Source: Planctomycetota bacterium
GTDB lineage: Bacteria > Planctomycetota > UBA11346
DNA: 41,160 nucleotides
Assembly: GCA_038213805.1 (NCBI GenBank)
Contig: JBBQSO010000045.1
Location: 1 to 41,160 of the forward strand
Direction: 5' to 3'
A model generated the notes under the pieces. It searched no databases. It worked only from the letters and a program-made list of their open reading frames with translations, and had not been told where the DNA came from. Shown one piece after another: positions 35,389 to 41,160 of the stretch (the first letter of the stretch is position 1; each line of letters opens with the position of its first letter). Both the position numbers and the translations under genes were made by a program.

Positions 35389-37209
<1,821 letters not shown>

Positions 37210-37384
37210 GGTCAGTCGCGCTGGGGAGGGCGCACGGTAGGCGGCACGCGGGGGCGGGCAATGGACAGGCGGGGTCGCACCGCCGCGCCGTACCAGCTTT
37301 CGCAGGGCGATCCGCCGCAGCCGATGAGAGCCGTGCGCAGGAGAGGACGGATTCGCAATCGGCGCTGAGCCGCCAGGCCGACGC

Positions 37385-39280
37385 TCAGGCGCCCGCGCGC
37401 TCGCTCAGTTCCGTCCAGCGTCCGTACAGCCGCTCGACCTCGCTCTGCGCCAGCGCCAGGTCTGAACAGGCGGTGGCCATCAGCGATGGGCTGTTCACGA
37501 CCTTGGCCGTGCCGATGCGTTCCTGCAGCATGGCGACCGCTTCCTCGGCCTTGGCGAGCTTGTCATCGAGGCCCTCGAGCTCGCGGCGCTCCTTGCCGGT
37601 CAATGGGCGGATGAAGCCCTTGGTGGCCGGCTCGCCTGACGTTGCGGGTGCGGCCTTCGCCACCGGGGCTGCGGCAGGCGCTGCCGCCTTCACCGGCGCG
37701 CCCCGGCCCTGCGCGGCCAGCTCGCGCGCCTTGGCCTCGCGCTCGGCGTGCTGCTGCCACTGCGCATAGTCGGCGTACAGCTTCGCACCGCCCTTGCCGT
37801 CGAGACCAAGCAGTACGGTCGAGACGCGATCGAGCAGATAGCGGTCGTGGGTGACCAGCGCGAGCGCGCCCGGGAACTCGAGCAGGCTCTCTTCGAGCAC
37901 CTCAAGCGACGGGATGTCGAGGTCGTTGGTCGGCTCGTCAAGCAGCAGCAGGTCGGCCTCGACCAGCATCAGGTTGGCGATCAGCACGCGCGCCTGCTCG
38001 CCGCCGGACAGCGAGCCGACCGCCTGGTCGAGCTGTTCCGAGCGGAACAGGAAGCGTTTCGCCCACGCCATGAGATGCAGCGGCCGGCCGCGGTAGAACA
38101 CCGTCTCGCCGGTCGGGCACAGCGCCTTGCGCAGCGAGATGGTGGTGTCGAGCTTGGCGCGGCTCTGGTCGAACATCACCACCTTCAGCTCGCGCGCCTG
38201 CTTGACCGTGCCGGCGTCCGGCTGCAGCTGGCCGGCGATCAGGCGCATGAAGGTGCTCTTGCCGCTGCCGTTGAGGCCGAGCAGGCCGAGCTTCGAGCCG
38301 GGCGAGAGCGTGAGGTTGACGTCGGCGAACAGCGGCTTGCCGCCCAGCGCCTTGCTGGCGTCGGTGACCACCACCAGGTCGTTGGTGCGGCGGCCCGAAC
38401 CGGCGAAGTCGATGGCCACCGACTTGTTCTGGTTGTTGCGGAACGACAGCTCGGCGAGGTTGTCGATCATCGCACCGGCCTGGTCGATGCGCGCCTGCGA
38501 CTTGGTGGTGCGCGCCTTGGGGCCGCGCTTCAGCCATTCGATCTCGCGGCGCACGCGGTTGTCGAGCGCCTCCTGCTGGCGCGACTGCCCGGCGAGGAAG
38601 TCGGCGCGTGCGATAAGGAAGTCGCTGTAGCTGCCCACCGCGCTGAAATGCCCGCCCGGGTAGGATTTGCTGATCTCGATGACGCGCGTCGCGACGCGCT
38701 CCAGGAAGTAGCGATCGTGGCTGACCACCAGCACCGTGAAGGGCGCGTTGGCGAGCAGCTGCTCCAGCCACAGGATGCCTTCCAGATCCAGGTGGTTGGT
38801 GGGCTCGTCCATCAACAGCAGGTCGGGTTCGCGGATCAGCGCGCAAGCGATGGCCAGGCGCTTGCGCCAGCCGCCCGAGAGCGCCGCGACCTGCTGATCG
38901 CGGTCGGTGAAGCCGACGTCGGTGAGGACCTCCTCGGCCTTCATCTCGCGCTCGTACGGCTCAAGGTGGCGGTGGTCGGCAGAGGTCTCCAGCGCGGCCT
39001 CCAGGGCCTGGGTGACGCTGATGCCCGGCGCGAACTGGTCGGACTGGGCGAGGTAGACCAGGCGCGTGCCCTTGTTGACCGCGCGCGTGCCATCGCCCGG
39101 TGGCTCGATGCCGGCGAGGATGCGCATCAGCGTCGACTTGCCCGAGCCGTTGGGCCCGATCAGGCCGACGCGCTCGCCGGCGTCGATGCCGAAGCACAGG
39201 CCTTCGAAGAGCGGGCGGACGCCGTAGGACTTGGCGAGATCGATGCAGCTGAGCAGGACGGGCATAGGGGGCAGGAGCAT
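37385..39280 (-). CDS. uup: ABC-F family ATPase, Uup-like
   Basis: Two ABC domains, linker EIEWLKRGPKARTTKSQARI characteristic of Uup/YfmR, and C-terminal KERRELE..LYGRWTEL domain. GGAG RBS before 39280. Confidence 0.88.
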   Translation of the reverse strand: MLLPPMPVLLSCIDLAKSYGVRPLFEGLCFGIDAGERVGLIGPNGSGKSTLMRILAGIEPPGDGTRAVNKGTRLVYLAQSDQFAPGISVTQALEAALETSADHRHLEPYEREMKAEEVLTDVGFTDRDQQVAALSGGWRKRLAIACALIREPDLLLMDEPTNHLDLEGILWLEQLLANAPFTVLVVSHDRYFLERVATRVIEISKSYPGGHFSAVGSYSDFLIARADFLAGQSRQQEALDNRVRREIEWLKRGPKARTTKSQARIDQAGAMIDNLAELSFRNNQNKSVAIDFAGSGRRTNDLVVVTDASKALGGKPLFADVNLTLSPGSKLGLLGLNGSGKSTFMRLIAGQLQPDAGTVKQARELKVVMFDQSRAKLDTTISLRKALCPTGETVFYRGRPLHLMAWAKRFLFRSEQLDQAVGSLSGGEQARVLIANLMLVEADLLLLDEPTNDLDIPSLEVLEESLLEFPGALALVTHDRYLLDRVSTVLLGLDGKGGAKLYADYAQWQQHAEREAKARELAAQGRGAPVKAAAPAAAPVAKAAPATSGEPATKGFIRPLTGKERRELEGLDDKLAKAEEAVAMLQERIGTAKVVNSPSLMATACSDLALAQSEVERLYGRWTELSERAGA

Positions 39281-39595
39281 GGTGGGCTCCCGGGCCGTGC
39301 AATGCGCGGGGCGGGGGAGGCGGGACAGGCGGGCTGACGGCGGTGGCGCGAGAAACCCGCGGGGGGTCTGCAGAGAACGGGCGGCGTGCGGCGCATGGTG
39401 CTCGGAAAGCCACCATTGCGGACTGGTGCATCATTGCTTGGCTGTGCCGCAGGGCGTCCGCGACGACCACGTCCGATCAGCGCGCCGCGTATCCCGAGTC
39501 TGGGCGGGGCGGCGGTTGCACTGCAGAGCACGCCGGACTTCTCCCTGTCCCGCTGGGGTGGGGCTGGTACAAGTCCAGACCGCAGGAGACCCGCC

Positions 39596-40351
39596 GTGTC
39601 CGCCCCCGTGCCCGCCCCCAGCGCCAAAGTCCTCGCCCGGCTCGCGGCCCTGCGCTTTGTCGGCGAGCTCAGCGCGGCCGATGCGGCGGCGAGCGACTGC
39701 CGGCTGATCGCGACCGAGCACGGCGCGCAAAATGCGCCCGACCACATCGGCCTGACCCTGCTGCTTGACGCGGCCGGCATCGTGCGCGACGTGCGCTTCC
39801 GCTCGCCGGCGCAGGGCGCACAGCTCGCTGCCTACGACGCGCTCGCCGAGCAGGCCGTCGGCCGCCTGCTGACCGACGCGGCGCGCCTGACGCCGCGCCA
39901 GATCGATGCGCTGCTGCGCGACGCCGGCGGCGGACCGGTGCTCGACCTGGTCGCCACCAACCATCCCGACGCCGATCACCCGTATTACGTGCTGCGCAAG
40001 GCCGCCGAGCGCGCCGTGAGCGTCGAGCCCGAGACCCCGCCGCCCGGCGCGAGCACCGCGGCCGCGCTGCCGTGGACCGACATCGGCCTGTTCGAGAAGG
40101 TACGGCGCATCGAGGGCGTGCTCGACACCCACGTGCGCCCGGCGCTGGCCAGCGACGGCGGTGGCCTCGATCTGGTCGATCTCAAGGACGACGACCTGTT
40201 CGTGCAGTACCACGGCGCCTGCGGTTCGTGCTCGTCGTCGATCGGCGGCACGCTGCAGTTCATCCAGGACTCGCTCAACAACCACCTCGGCACCAGCCTC
40301 GCCGTGCGCGTGACGGGGATGGACGAGGAGGAAGCGCCGTTCGCGATCTGA
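39596..40351 (+). CDS. NifU/NfuA-like Fe-S carrier (degenerate IscU-like N-domain + Nfu domain)
   Basis: AGGAG RBS then GTG 39596. N-domain LLDAAGIVRDVRF resembles IscU/NifU_N. C-domain IEGVLDTHVRPALASDGGGLDLV..YHGACGSCSSS carries the CxxC motif. Confidence 0.85.
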   Translation: MSAPVPAPSAKVLARLAALRFVGELSAADAAASDCRLIATEHGAQNAPDHIGLTLLLDAAGIVRDVRFRSPAQGAQLAAYDALAEQAVGRLLTDAARLTPRQIDALLRDAGGGPVLDLVATNHPDADHPYYVLRKAAERAVSVEPETPPPGASTAAALPWTDIGLFEKVRRIEGVLDTHVRPALASDGGGLDLVDLKDDDLFVQYHGACGSCSSSIGGTLQFIQDSLNNHLGTSLAVRVTGMDEEEAPFAI

Positions 40352-40710
40352 TGGGCGAGCGCGAGTCTGGCGCCGGCGAAGACCGCGGTTGGATCGCCCT
40401 CGCCGTAGGTGCCGCCGTCGTGGCGCTGGGGCTCGCCGTCCTCGTCGGAGTCGTGGCACGCCGCTTCGTGACTCTTGTCTACCTCGACCTCGGCATCCGC
40501 GTGCCGCAACTCACCGACTGGGCACTGAAGCCATGGGTGCATGTTGCGGTCATGCTCATGCTGGTTTGCGCCGCCGCGTCGATCCCCGTGGTGCGATCGA
40601 CGGCGCCATTTGCGGCATTGGCATTCGCCTACGCGGTTGTCGCGCTCGGCGGGCTGTTCCTGCCTTTGGCGGAGATCCTGCATAGCGGCACAATTCACGC
40701 CGGCCGATGA
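40351..40710 (+). CDS. Small membrane protein resembling a PilC/GspF fragment
   Basis: TGATG overlap with the nifU-like stop. 119 aa with about 3 hydrophobic helices. VARRFVTLVYLDLGIRVPQLT and GLFLPL. Confidence 0.6.
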   Translation: MGERESGAGEDRGWIALAVGAAVVALGLAVLVGVVARRFVTLVYLDLGIRVPQLTDWALKPWVHVAVMLMLVCAAASIPVVRSTAPFAALAFAYAVVALGGLFLPLAEILHSGTIHAGR

Positions 40711-40759
40711 AGCCGCGCTGTTGGTTGCCTGAGCACGGAACACGGTACATCATTCAGCC

Positions 40760-40885
40760 ATGCGCCGCCGCAGCCTCGTCGCCCTCGCCCGAATTACCCG
40801 CGCCTCCTAGGCCCGCGCGCGCTCGTTCTGCAAGGTCGCCATCCGACCGCCACTTGCCGACGAGCAGGTGGCGTTCGTCGTTTCC
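40760..40885 (+). promoter_or_regulatory. Candidate leader-peptide attenuator upstream of cimA
   Basis: uORF MRRRSLVALARITRAS* (40760-40810). Terminator-like stem 40848-40857/40864-40873 followed by TTCGTCGTTT. Mutually exclusive stem 40821-40865. Confidence 0.55.
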
Positions 40886-40917
40886 AGGCGGTCGGCAACT
40901 TCGCGGAAGAGTGACCC

Positions 40918-41160
40918 ATGAGCGCTGAACTCGAGATCTACGACACGACCCTGCGCGACGGCTCGCAGGGCGAGGGCGTCAACCTCAGCCTGGCCGACAA
41001 GCTGGCGCTGACCCGCGCGCTCGACTGGCTGGGCGTCGACTTCATCGAGGGCGGCTGGCCGGGCTCGAACCCGAAGGACGAGGCGTACTACGCCGAGGTG
41101 AAGAACCTCCCGCGCGCGCACGCCAAGCTCTGCGCCTTCGGCTCGACGCGCCGCGCCAAG
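40918..41160 (+). CDS. cimA: Citramalate synthase (3'-truncated)
   Basis: MSAELEIYDTTLRDGSQGEGVNLSLADKLALTRALDWLGVDFIEGGWPGSNPKD..AFGSTRR. The QGEG, IEGGWPGSNPKD and AFGST motifs typify CimA rather than LeuA. Runs off the window edge. Confidence 0.88.
   Translation, partial: MSAELEIYDTTLRDGSQGEGVNLSLADKLALTRALDWLGVDFIEGGWPGSNPKDEAYYAEVKNLPRAHAKLCAFGSTRRAK

Noticed and set aside
40918..41160. leuA assignment for the last gene
   Set aside because: QGEG and IEGGWPGSNPKD fit citramalate synthase; LeuA typically has GEQSPG and IEAGFP.

Overview
High-GC (about 70%) bacterial window. The gene content (several Hanks-type Ser/Thr kinases, a membrane-anchored ECF sigma factor, a giant passenger-repeat protein) suggests a Planctomycetota/PVC-type organism; this is an inference. 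From left to right: a 5'-truncated FN3 + GH144/glucoamylase-like glycosidase; a convergent ~3,980-aa surface protein made of four tandem autotransporter-passenger-like modules carrying two PA14 domains and one legume-lectin-like domain, with no visible beta-barrel; a DMT/EamA transporter; a GntR-LacI regulator with a secreted beta-propeller protein; a ubiquitin-like MoaD/ThiS + BNR-propeller pair; a membrane-anchored ECF sigma; an AstA-like/SnoaL-like/C45 trio; a 9-kb signalling island (ECF sigma, kinase with a CsgG/FlgT-like outer domain, TPR lipoprotein with the same module, LRR receptor kinase, DUF4388 non-RD kinase); then a small EF-G-domain-IV-like ORF, ychJ, two ABC-F ATPases, a NifU-like protein, a PilC-fragment-like membrane protein, and the start of cimA preceded by a candidate leader-peptide attenuator. 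No rRNA, tRNA, CRISPR array or transposase was seen. All domain calls come from motifs read by eye, not from database searches.
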